Part shown: one piece after another, positions 34,807 to 50,835 of the stretch | How the letters are laid out: the number at the start of each line of letters is the position of its first letter | Numbering within the stretch: the stretch's first letter is position 1 | Assembly (NCBI RefSeq): GCF_009914755.1 | Contig: NC_060939.1 | DNA: 64,000 bases | Strand: one strand, 5' to 3' | DNA from: the human T2T-CHM13v2.0 reference genome, Homo sapiens | The notes under the pieces: model-generated | Told to the model about the DNA's origin: nothing | What the model saw: the letters and a program-made list of their open reading frames with translations, nothing else | Database searches by the model: none | Position numbers and translations under genes: made by a program

Positions 34807-35525
34807 CTTAGTGAAACTGTTGTACATGTGCACGACGGGGTTGTGCAAGATTGTTCGTTGCAGCATTGTCTGCAATAGAAAAGAACTGGAAACAACCCAA
34901 AATGTTGTCTATCATCAGGAGAATGAATACATGAATCATGGTTCATTCACACATCAGAATATTTGTATAGCAGTGAAAATAATGCCTCTTTTCCCCACCT
35001 TTGTACATGAGAAGCCTGTGTATTAACAGAGTCCTTGCAGTTTGACTGAGTAGCTCTTTGACTGGTGTACACTAGAGTGTTAAATGAGGCTGAGCATAAA
35101 GTAGGTATTTAAGAGATGGACAAAATGAATGAACATGCCCAAAAGCTGTGAATGGAGAGGCCAAGCCAGAGTCACCTAATTTCCTGTTGTGACTTTTGTC
35201 ATGTTAAAGTCTCCTCTGGCTGAAGCCTTTTCATTTCTTCTGAAACACTTGATTTCAGACTAATGACTAAAAGCTAACTTCCTGTTTTAAAATGATGTTT
35301 ATGCCACCACAAAATACTTTGCAAATGGTGGGAGTTAATAAACACAAACCCACAGAGAATCCAGCAAATTTATAAAAGATCTTCCCTTTGGAAGTTTGGG
35401 AGCACAGAGCTAAAACAAGTACATTTTGTGTTTAAAATTGAGCCTTCTTGCTGGAATAAAAACATCTCAAGGCAAAAGCATTCCACACTTCTGACCCCGG
35501 GTTAGAAAGAACAATGGAGAGCTTT

Positions 35526-35805
35526 GGCCGGGCATGGTGGCCCATGCCTGTAATTCCAGCACTTTGGGAGGCCAAGGCGGATCACCTGAGGTCAGGAGTT
35601 CAAGACCAGCCTGACCAACATGGAGAAATCCCATCTCTACTAAAAATACAAAATTAGCCGGGTGTGGTGGTGCATCCCAGCTACTCAGGAGGCTGAGGTA
35701 GGAGAATTGCATGAACCTGGGAGGCGGAGGTTGCCCTGAGCCAAGACCGCACCATTGCACTGCAGCCTGGGCAACGAGAGCGAAACTCCATCTCAAAAAA
35801 AAAAG
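35526..35805 (+). mobile_element. Alu (AluSp-like)
   Basis: GACCAACATGGAGAAA diagnostic; sense dimer. Confidence 0.93.
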
Positions 35806-36309
35806 AGGGAAATATACTCAAGTTTCTATCGAGGTCATCACTGATAAGACTGAAAGCCCTGAGCATTAGTATCCTAGCAGCTGCTAACCTTGTGTGAGGA
35901 AGACACTGCATACCTAGAGAGAGTCCCTCAGGGTTGCAAGTTCCTGCTTTTGATAGTTTTGTAAATATATGACCTGTGAGAAATATAAGAAAATAAATAA
36001 GTTGAACATAAAGTCATAGTTTCAAACTTTGATGTTTTCATTCAGCCAAAAATCAACAGAACTAATGGTTAAAATCAGACATTTAATGTGTATTTGCCTT
36101 ATCAACAAAAAATATTATTCAGGAAGCCTTGGTTTAAAAAATCAATTTTTTGATATTTCCTCCTGAATCAACATCTAGTGTCTCAGACATGAAGGGACTC
36201 CACCCTTCCTTTCCTGTGTTCTAACTTCCAAGAGTTACCTATGTCAAATTTAGTAGTATTTATATTGATGACCCCATAAAATTGAATGCCGACTTCTGGT
36301 TAACAAAGC

Positions 36310-37709
<1,400 letters not shown>

Positions 37710-37714
37710 CTATT

Positions 37715-38262
37715 TGTTTTACTGTGGTAAAATACACATAACATAAAATGTATTATTTTAACTATTTTAAGGTGTATGATACAGTACATTCATAATGTCA
37801 TGCAACCACCACCAGCATCCAGTTTCAGAACATTTCATCACCCAAAAGGAGACTCAATGCTCATTAGTACTTCCTATTCCTTCCTACCTCTGGCCCAGCA
37901 ACTACTCATGTGCTTTCTGTCTCTTCGGATTTGCCTATTCAAGATATTTCATACAAATGAAATGATATAATATGTGGCCTTTTATGTCTGACTTTTTTCA
38001 GTTAGCATAATGCTTTCAAGGTCCATCCATATTGTAGAACGTATCAGTACTTCTTTCCCTTTTATGGCTGAATAATATTCCATTGTATAGAGAAACCACA
38101 TTTTGTTTATTTGTCAGTTGATGACATTTGGTTTGTTTCTGCCTTTTGGGTATCATGCAAAGTGCTGCTGTGAACATTTGTATACAAGTTTTTGTTTGAA
38201 CACCTGTTTTTCAGTTCTTTTGGGTATATCCCCAGGAGTGCAACTGCTGGGTCATATGATAA
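37715..38262 (-). mobile_element. Old L1 (L1MB-like) 3' fragment
   Basis: GTGGTAAAATACACATAACATAAAAT...CTTTTATGGCTGAATAATATTCCATTGTAT...GCTGGGTCATATG. Confidence 0.85.
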
Positions 38263-38589
38263 TTACTGAAAACCTCTTAGTGATTTTTGGATATTGTGCC
38301 ACATGTATATATTACCTAATAAAAATTGATTATTTTAATAAAAATAACCAAGTAGAGACAAATATATTGTTTTATAATCACAGTTTGGCATCCCTGCAAA
38401 ATCAGCATTGGATCAATCAGTAGTCTCACAGGACCTAAAAGAAACTGAGGTGTAGGAAGTAAACATGTAATCCCATTTTTAAATATGACTCACAGAAACA
38501 GTAGGTCTTCGGGCTACAAATACTCCCCGTCATTAAATGTTTCAGCAGCATTGCCCTGGTGAATGTGGGAAGAGCTGAATATTTTCTAG

Positions 38590-39240
<651 letters not shown>

Positions 39241-40165
39241 TAAACAAGGAGACCGAGACCCAGAGTAGCTGCTGATGGTCACAAAGGCTGTAAGCATGAA
39301 GTCTGGAAACCTCTGCTGTTGTGCAATGCGCAATGTGGGAAGAGAGGCTCTCCACCTCTGATGGGGCTGTGTTTGAGTCCCTCCTCCCTCCCTTTCCACC
39401 TCCCTCCCCACTACCACCACTTACTTAAATGTGTGACTCAGTGTCACTAACTTAACATTTCCCAGCCTGTTTCATTATCCGTATAGTGGGGTCTAATAGC
39501 ATCTTCATCAGGCTGATGCAAGGAAATGACACCATGTATGCACAGGACCTCCCTTATGCTTGGCATATAGTAGATTCTCAATAAACATTTGTTGTGTGAA
39601 TGAATATTCTCTCCTCTAGCCCTCTCAAAGGCAATCGTTCTGCTGCCCAACACATTTTTATTGATGACATTTCAGGCAGTATCCTTATGAACTCTCCATA
39701 TCTAGAAGGCTGGGAAGGGAAGGAAAGCAGAGTTTGGGGTGTTCGTGCCATTCCTGTTGTGGTGAAAAGCTCCTTTGTGAAGCCTGTGCAGCACCAGCCC
39801 CACTTGGAGGCTGCAAATCTGTCAGCCGGAGGTCCTCGGAGCTCCCAGGTCCTGGCCTTCTCTGCCAGCAAAGTGGCATACCTGGGTTATGGATCCAGGG
39901 GTCTTCTGAGGCCAACAGAGCCACACACACCCCATCCAGTTCCCGCCTCCCTTCCCCAAGCATCTGACAGAGGCCAGTTTGGCTGTTTCAAGTAATACCA
40001 ATCACAGTGTTTTATGAGAATTGTTGGTCATGCCCAGCTACACAATCCTCATGCATATTGTCAGACACGTCAGAGTGTGGTAAGCTTTATTTCATTGCAT
40101 TATAAAGTTCAGGTCATGGTTTCTCAGTCTTCGTCATTTACACTTTACATGGCACAAGACTTTTA

Positions 40166-41210
<1,045 letters not shown>

Positions 41211-41290
41211 ATGAGACAGGGTCCTTTCCAGGGTGATGTGCCTTCTCTTGTCACCACAATTGCAGCTTGTTTACGCATTTGCTAAATGGT

Positions 41291-41697
41291 TGCTAGGGCT
41301 TGGATATTTGTCCCCTCCAAAACTTATGTTGAAGTTCAACCCCCAATGTAGCAATATTCAGAGTTGGGGCCTTTAAGAGGTGATTGGGTCATGAGAGCTC
41401 TGCCCTCATAAATGGATAAATCCATTCATGGATTCATGGGTTGATGGACTAATGGGTTGCTACAGGAATGGGACTAGCAGCTTCATAAGATGAGGATGAG
41501 AGAACTGAGCTAACACACTCAGTCCCCTCACCTTGTGGTGCTCTGCACCACCTGGGGACTCTTCAGAGAGTTCCCACCAGCAAAAAGGCCCTCACCAGAT
41601 GTGGACTTTACAGCCTCCAGAACTGTAAGAAATAAATTTCTTTATAAATTACCCAATCTGTGGTATATGTTACAGCAACAGAAAATGACCTAAGACA
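41291..41697 (+). mobile_element. Solo MaLR LTR (MST type)
   Basis: TG...CTAAGACA termini, CAGCCTCCAGAACTGTAAGAAATAAATTTC motif, 5-bp TSD ATGGT on both sides. Confidence 0.9.
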
Positions 41698-41742
41698 ATG
41701 GTGCTACTGAGTAGGGGGAAGCCCTCAAAAAAAAGGGGAACT

Positions 41743-41990
41743 CTGGATGGGTGTGGTGGCTCACATTTGTAATACTAGCACTTTGGGAGGCCAAGGCGGG
41801 AGGATGGCTTGAGCCCAGGAGATAGTGACCTCCTGGGCAACATAGTGAGACCCCACCTATACCAAAATAGAAAAAAAAATAGCCTGGCATGGTGGTGCAG
41901 GCCTGTAGTCCCATCTATTGGGGAGGCTGAAATGGGAGAATCGCTTGAGCCCAGGAGTTCAAGGTTACAATGAGCTATGATAATCCCCCT
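41743..41990 (+). mobile_element. Alu (AluJ-like, 3' truncated)
   Basis: Diverged Alu. Confidence 0.85.
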
Positions 41991-44900
41991 GCAGATTAAA
42001 GGCAGAGTAGGGAAGCATGCCTGGTGAGGACAAGGAACAGCAGGGAGACTAGTGTGGCCAGAGAAACACAGGTGCTCAAACAGTGCTTGCTGAGTGATTG
42101 AATTACCCCAGCATGTGGTGCAAACACTTTAGTTTGGTCCCCAGAGTGCCACAGTAGCTCTCAAATTGTGTCTCCCACTGACTCCTTTCTCCCAGGTTTT
42201 TAAAAAATATCATCTGTGCACATGTTATCGTCCCGAAATTGCTGATGGATTTTTCAAGATCTCATTCTTCCCGCTGTCCTCCTTTAACTCTGCTTTCCAT
42301 TTAACTGGGTGTCTGCCCATGACTGAGTTTTCCTCTTCCCAAGTCACTTGCAATGGGTCTCTGCACCCTTCTTGGTGTGATTTCTCCAGTGCCGACAACT
42401 GAACCTGGTACAGAGTAAGTGTTCCGTTAAAGAGCTCTTGACTGAGTGAATGAATTTCCCCTGAGAGTTTCATCAATCCTTTCTACATCCCCATTATTTG
42501 AGCCTTTCCATTGGTCATACCCATGCCAGCTTTACTTACTTCTGCTTTTTTTTTTTTTTTAACTCATGTGAGTTACCATCATCAGTTTTTCACTCTGTCT
42601 GTTCCTTTTCCTGGATGGGTGCTGGGTGCCACCTCTCAGTGGCATTCTCATTGCACACCAGCGTCCTTTGATCCTAAAGAGGCTACAGATCTTTTAGGGA
42701 AGGAGGAAGAGAATGCCTGCCTACCTGCCTAGCACTCAAAAGAGCAGATCCTTCAAGTCAAAACTCTCACACCTCACCTTGGACCTTTCCAACTCCACCC
42801 CAGGAGTCTATCAGAGAGGAAATCTAAACACTGTTTGCACCAGTCCTCCCTCTGCCCACCCCTCCCCACACCACAGGACGAGAAGCTACTCTCAGGCAAG
42901 GAGTAAGTTGTGGCTTCAATGTGAGATTGAGCAAGTAGGACTCACACTTTCTAATCAAATCCAGATTTGTCCTTTTCAGCCTTGTTGTGACACCTGCATC
43001 ATATCACAGCAAAATTTCTTTACGGGACTGTCATAGAGAAACAGGACAAAAACCCTGGACTGGGGTGAGATTTGGGTTTTCATCTTGGCTTGGGCTCTTT
43101 ACGTCTCAGTTTCCTCATCTGTAAAAGGGTGGATTGGACTAGATGGTCTCCAAGAGTCATTCACGTGCCAAGAGCCTAGCCCAGGATCTTGTCTCCAAGG
43201 GAAAGGCTGCCACACAGGACTCAAATCGTCCACAGCAACTGCTCCGTCCCCGGCATCAATCCCCCCACCCCTCCCCCAATCCCACACCACCACCCCATCA
43301 CAGGAACCTAGACGGTGGACAGGCCAGTGGGGATGGTATGCAGAAGTACATCGACTTATTCAAGGGAGCTTGGCCCTGAGAAAAGCTGGTGGTCTGCCAA
43401 CATTCTCAGAGGCTGAAATATATCAAAACACCCATTTAAGAATGTACGCTGAGAACCACAGTGGCCAGAGAGAGGGAGGATACTGCTCTGCTCCCACCCA
43501 CCCTTCCCTCCCCACTATACCTCACCCTCCATGGCCCCTGTCCAGGACTGCTGCTCCTGGAATCCAAGGAAAAGGATTCAATGTGTGTCTCAATGACAGG
43601 AGGGGCTCCCTGGCTTTCTAGAGTCCTGCCCTCCTGGCCTCTGTTCCCCTCAACCTCAGTGCCAGAGACACAATGGCCAAGTTCCTTGGAAAATTCCCTT
43701 TCTCCATGCTCCAGATTGCCTTTCCTGTCCTCCAGTTATTCAGGCTCACATTAAAAAGTATGAAGATGGCTTTGGGGAGGGACTCTGGTAGGTGTTAATC
43801 TTTAGTGTAAGGAGATTAAAGGAGCTGGTTTCCTAGGCAGTGTCTGATTTCTTTAGTTGGGAAGAGAGAGGCCCCGCCTTTTATAAGGGCCTGGGGCTGC
43901 CAGCGTTGTGCCCTTGATTTCTTTAGAATCCATTCAGACTTAACCATCCTTTCTGTAGCCAGGCCCAGACTGCATCGAGGTCATCTTTGTCTTTCAACAT
44001 GAATATTCTAGTAACTTTCTCCCCAGTACCCACTCCAGAGGATCCAGGGCAAAAGTAAATCTCCGAAAGTGTTTGTAGGATGAAGCTGGTGACTCATGCC
44101 TAGTTTATGAGTGGTAAGTGTTACATTACATGTTCTGCACATTATCTCATTTATCCCTCACCACTCTATGGGGTAGGCACTATTTTAACCCCCGTTTTAT
44201 AGGTTTTGGACCTAAGAGGTTTGGAGCGGGTAAGTCACTTGTCCAAGGTCACACATTAGGAGGTGTGCTATCCATTGCTAAAGCCAAGGCTCGCTCTGTC
44301 CATCGAGCCACTGTACCAAGTGCCAAACATTTATTAGGAACCTATTCCAGGTGCAAAACCCTGGGTGTGGCCAGCAGATGATCAATATGCACATGAATGA
44401 AGAATGGGTAGCTCTTCAATTCCAGGAGCACAATTTCTAACCTGGGAGGTGGTATGAACATGAAGAACTCTACTCCAAAGCAGCCTGAAATAAGTGCTAT
44501 CTCAGAGGTAAAAGGGGAGTCCCATAGGAACGTGGCTGAGGAGGGAGATCAATACACACTCAGAGAGAGACAGAGAGAGAGAAACAGAGAGAGAGAGAAG
44601 CAGAGAGAGAGCGACAGAGAGAAAGAAGGGAGGAAGAGGGTAGGGAAGGAGGGAAGGAAAGGAGAGAGAACATGAATGAGATAAGTGCTGGGAAGAAGTT
44701 TTCAAGAAATGGGCTTTGTGCTAGGCCCTGGTAGATGGGTCAACTTCCCCAGGCTGGAGAGAAACAGGCAGAGGAAACAGCTCGAGCCAGGAGCCAGGGT
44801 GACAGCATTCAGGATCTGCTCCACAGTCAGGCCTGGGTTGGGCTATGGAGAGAGGCAAGCCTCGCAGGTCAGTCAGGATCAAATGCAGGAGAGTCCAGAT

Positions 44901-45492
44901 GCCAGGGAAAGGTCTGGGCTTGCTTCTGGGGGCAGTAAGGAGCTGCTGAAAGCTGCTTATAGATAAAGCATGACAGGCAGGAAGAGATGATGTGAGCTTG
45001 CAGAGAAAACTGGTGATGGGAGGCAGAGATGAGGTCTTCACATGGTTCATCTCTTCTTTGGCCAAGGTCCACTGCCAGGCTGGACACTTCAGGGGGCAGG
45101 AAGAGGAGGGATGGTCCCAGCGTTGGGAGTGCTCTGAGCATAGGCCGAGCCTAAGGCCCCTCCAAGGCCTGTGGAGGGGCTCAGAAGGGCAAGTGGCCTA
45201 ATTCTGAGGCGCAAGGAAAGACCTAAAGGAAACACTGAGGGTCTTAGAGTAGGAGGGGTAGTGAGCACGCACAGGGGAAATTGGAAGGAAATGAACCATT
45301 CTGGGACATGGGGAGGAAGAACCTTCAATTCAGCCAAAGGAAAATAAGTGTCCTTACCCCTTGCCCATTCAGGCTCATTACTTACTTTGAAACTCTTTTA
45401 AAGAAATGCAGAAAAAAACCTTTTTTTCCAAGTGCAGTAAAAACTCAATGAACTTGAGAAACCAACTGCCTGGAACATTCAAGTCACTGGGA

Positions 45493-46290
45493 TTTTTTTT
45501 TTTTTTTTTTTTTTTTGAGACGACATCTTGCTGTTGCCCAGGCTGGAGTGCCTCAAAATCCTGGGCTCCAGAGATTCTCGTGCTTCAGCCTCCCAAGTAA
45601 CTGGGACTACATACATGCATCACCACGCCCAGCTAATTTTTAAAAATTTTTTGTAGAGACAGGAACTCACTATGTTGCCCAGGCTCATCTCAAATTCTTG
45701 GGCTCAAGTAATCCTCCTGCCCTGACCTCCCAAAATGCTGGGGTTACAGACGTAAGCCACAGCGCCTGGCCCTGCGATTGTTTTTTGATTCAATCTTCGA
45801 AGTAGAATAGGTAAATGACCACAGACAAGTTAGTATCAGGATGTTAATCACAGAAAGACCTACTATGGGTGACCACAGAGTCAGCAACATAAGCAGAAGG
45901 TGACTCAACCCAGGACCCATTTGAGGGGGATGGAGGAGGCAACCCTGACTAAAAGTTTGCTCCACACTTTTAATGTTTTTGTAGGCCCTAAGTCCTGAAG
46001 ACCTTATGGAATCCTCCTCTAATATATAATTAAACATTTTAAAATAAAAATAGGCTGGTGCAGTGGCTCACACCTGTAATCCCAGCACTTTGGGAAGCCA
46101 GGGCAGGGGGATCACTTGAGTCCAGGAGTTTGTGACCATCCTGGGTAAAATAGCAAAAAAAAGTATTTTTGTTTAAAAAACTGGGCAGGTGTAGTAGCAT
46201 ACATCTGTAGTCCCAGCTACTCGGGAGGTTGAGGCAGGAGTACTGCTTGAGCCCAGGAGTTGAAGGTTACAGCGAGCTATGATTGTGCTA
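45493..46290. mobile_element. Two AluJ-like elements (antisense 45493-45771; sense 46053-46290)
   Basis: Diverged Alu motifs. Confidence 0.85.
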
Positions 46291-48465
46291 TGCTACAATT
46301 AAATCACATCCTCTGATTGCAAAATTCTTAACTTCAATAGAGTTCTTTCTCTTTCTCTCTCTCTCACCTGCTTTGCTAATTCCCTAACCAGCACTGCCCT
46401 CACTAGCCTGTGACCATATCCAACAGCCCATTATGAGAAAGACATTTCTTTGGATGTTGAAAATGTCTGCATTTCTAAGAATTCCTGATTGAAAGGAAGA
46501 GGATGCTAACAGTTCAAGGCAGCAGAGTAGAGGTAGGAAGAGCTGGGCTTGGGAGGTAAACAGCCTGCCTAAAGAACTAAATAACTAAAGCAAGTTCTTC
46601 AGTCTCTCTATGGCTCAGTTTCCTCATATGTAAAATGGGGAGGAATAAAAGAATAATATCCCTCTTGCAGTGTTGTCCTGAGGATGAGTCCACACACAGC
46701 CAGAAAGCATTCAGAAGAGTGCCTGGCACATAGTGAATCTCCTAAGTGTTGCTGTTATCACTTTCACCTACATCACAATGCAGCGGATGCTCATTCTCCC
46801 CAACATAGTTAAGTAGTATGAGGCTCTGAAAAGCTAAGTAACTTGTTTTCAGACACACAGCTAGGAAGTAGTAGGATTAGCTGGAGTGAAAACTCAAGTT
46901 AGTTTGACTCTAAAGACCCACTTTCTCCCTCCCATTATCCTGCAAATTTCCCTGATTGGGGAATAACATTAGGCTTTAAATTTTTAAAAATATTACTTAC
47001 CTTGTGATAACCAATGGTACAAAATTCAAAAAGAATAATATGGTGTATAGTGAAAAAGTAATTTTCCCCCTCTCTCTCTTCTCCCAGCCTCCCCACCCCC
47101 AGGCCAACAGCTGTTCCCAGTTCCTTGCAGAGCCAGCTTTAGAGTAAGCTTTTCACTGCTAATGCACATTTATTTTCCAGATTAATGTAATTCCCTGAGT
47201 GCCTCATCTGTACCAGGCACTCTATCCTGGTGCTACCGCTGCCTTCAGAGGGCTCCTGGGCGTGAGTCTGGAGGTTACTGATGGAGGGAACTACTATATT
47301 GACTGCTGCATTTGGTGCTTTTCCCTCTGCAGCCATCTTTTCCCCTAGTAAAATCAGCTTGCATGGTTTGCACACTGGAAAAAGGCCAGTTCAGTGCCCC
47401 AAAACCTCTTCTGTAGCTTGCTTTGCACAGAACCTGGCAAGCAAGGAGCATTATGGTGTCAGGAGCTGACCAGAGGACTCTGTGATGCTGGATCTGGGAT
47501 CAGCTTCCTCCTCTACGAAACTCCCGACCCTTCCAGTTCTGTAATTGCTCTGCCCCAGGGGCTCTTAGGAAGCATAATTTTCCATGAAGCCTTGCTGCTT
47601 CTGGGCTCCATTTCTAGCCAGAAGACCCCAGCTGTCCCACAGGTAACTGAGAAAGGCCAAAGAGCTCTAAGCCCCTTTCCTTACTTTCTCACCGTTGTTC
47701 TTTGGACAGTAGTAATGTTAAATATAAATATATTTTCCCCTGCTATTGCTGCCAGAAAATATTTATAATGGGGTCAGCACAGAGCTTTCTCAATGACTTA
47801 ATTATAAAATATGCTTATAACCTGTGGTGTGATTACATAAATGCACAAAAGCAACTTCAGAACGTGGTGCTGATCATAACATAGAAATCCTTGCTCTCTC
47901 TTTCCAAACATTAAGTATCTGGCTGAGGGATATAAAGTAGGGATGTCACCATTTTGGAAGCAGCTAATGTTATTCCCATTTCAGAGATGGAGGCTCAGAA
48001 GAGGTCAGGCTGCTGGCCCAAGATCAGTGGTAGAAGCAGGACTCCAGCCTGCTTGATATTTGACTCAAAGCCCCACTTTTTTCCAATGCATCAAGCACCT
48101 CATGGAAAGGTCTGGGACTATGAAAATCTATGTTCTGGATGTTTGGGAAATTCATTTTCTGGTCAGCTGAATATTCTGGATAGAAGAATGGACACTGCAG
48201 ATTAGGGTTAGGAAGGAAGAGGGGAAGACAGAGGTGGAGGTTCCCTAAGCCTTGGATTCTTCTTCCCATCACAATTCACTTCTTAAAGTCTATGAGTCTC
48301 TCCTTCTCAGTGGGTTGTAAACTCCTCTGGGACATAGTCTGGGAGAGATCTGGTAACGATAAGGTATGCGTGAGGCTGAGAGTCACATCTCCATTCTAAC
48401 CCCTGTCTATTTGTTTCTAGCTAGGTAGGCACTGTGGTTTTTATTTGCATTTCTCAGATGACTAA

Positions 48466-48695
<230 letters not shown>

Positions 48696-48859
48696 TAGAT
48701 TTTTAGTAATTGTTAGTTTGTTTCTTTACTCTGTCTCCCCTTTCTTTCTGTATCTTTGCCCCCTTATCCCCTCTCCCAGGACCTGAAAAAATGCAACCCT
48801 GAAAGATGCCAGGGTCCTGGGATCCAGAATCCTCTACTCACAGTTCTCTGTGACAACCC

Positions 48860-49335
48860 TTTAGCAGCCCTTCATCATCTTACCTTGCCAGCCTCATCTC
48901 TCAGCCTTCCATCCCCTTGTACATGACTCTCCAGCCAGACTATCAGTTTCAATCCTCTCTGAGCCCCTTTGAGCTTTTGTAGATACTGTTCCGTGTGCCT
49001 GGGACACTATGCACCCTTCCCCACTCCTTCCCCATACTTTACCTTCCTAATGCCTAGGTCTCCGTCAAGTCTCAGGTCATATGCTACTTCCTCCAGGAAG
49101 CCTTGCTTGATGCTTCCCCCACCCCCACTCACCAGCCTGGGTTAGTTGCCCCTTGTTTGTGGCTAAGAAACATCCTGTACTTCCCCTTCTAGCACTTATC
49201 ACACTGTGTTGCAATTGCCTGTTTGCTAGTCTGTTTCTCTTATACCTTGCCTCATCCCTTTGAGGCTTAATCTGTGCGTTGCACACTCTTCTATCTCAAA
49301 GCCTAGTGCAACAGTGATATTTGTTGAATGAATGA
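48860..49335 (+). mobile_element. L2 3' fragment (representative; other L2 remnants near 15.2, 17.6, 20.4, 41.0, 44.4-44.9, 52.1 and 53.5-53.9 kb)
   Basis: ACTTCCTCCAGGAAGCCTT...AGCACTTATCACACTG...ATATTTGTTGAATGAATGA end. Confidence 0.7.
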
Positions 49336-49791
49336 TCTAGCTCAGATCTCTCTAAAATGACAAAAATCTAACCTTCTGCGCCACCTCCCACATCAATCCT
49401 CCTCTTTGCCAAGGTCTCAAAAAAACAGACATTTATGGACGGTCTACTGTGTGCCAAGCACCAGGCCAGGCCCTTTACTGGTGATGTCATTTTCACAATT
49501 AAAAGGCTTAAAGCTCCGAGTCTAGACAGCCCTTTGACTGAAACTCAGAGGTTCTGATGTCTAATCAGGCAACTAATGAGCAAGGGGAAATAAGTGATAC
49601 CACAACATTTTCCATCTTGGTAGTGGCAAAGAGATGTCAACAGAATGGAAGACCCGTGTAGCCCTGAGCTGCTGAATCTTCAGTGCCTGGCATGTGGTAG
49701 GGCACAGACAAGATGTGCCGAATAAATGAATGTTCGAAGACAGAACACAAGAAGGGCAGACTACAAGCCTAGAAGACCTGTTTCATTCTAG

Positions 49792-50227
<436 letters not shown>

Positions 50228-50555
50228 CCAGCCAAGGCTTTCTTGTGATTTCTGCTCAGACAGCGTTGGCTAAAATGGCCACACCTAGCTACAAGGGAAG
50301 CCGAGAAATTTCGAGTTGTGAAACCAAGAGGAAAAGAAAGCACATTTGGTGTAAACAGCAGTCTCTTCCACAGCACACAAAGCAGTGTTGCCTCTGCTGG
50401 TGTCACTGGATGACTGTGAACTATCACCGGATTGCTGGATTCTCTCTCTGGAAAGGCCCTCAATGGTCATTTAGTTCAACCCCCGATTTTACAGATGGAA
50501 AGAAAGATTGGGGCCCAGAGAGAAGTGACTTATCTACTATCAAAGAGTTGTTTGG

Positions 50556-50835
50556 GGCCGGGCAAGGTGGCTCACGCTTGTAATCCCAGCAACTCAGGAG
50601 GCTGAGGCTGGAGCCACTGGAGACCTGGGCAACATAGTGAGACCCTCTCTCTACAAATTTTTTTTTTTAATTAGCCAGGTGTGGTGGCACATGTCTGTGG
50701 TTCCAGCTTCTTGGGAGGCTGAGGCAGGAGGATAGCTTGAGCCCAGGAGTTCAAGGCTGCAGTGAGCTGCGATCCTGCTCCAGCCAGGACGAAAGAGACC
50801 GTGTCTCAAAATAAATAAATAAATAAATAAATAAA
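50556..50835 (+). mobile_element. Alu (AluJ-like) with (AAAT)n tail
   Basis: AGTTGTTTGG flanking repeat. Confidence 0.88.
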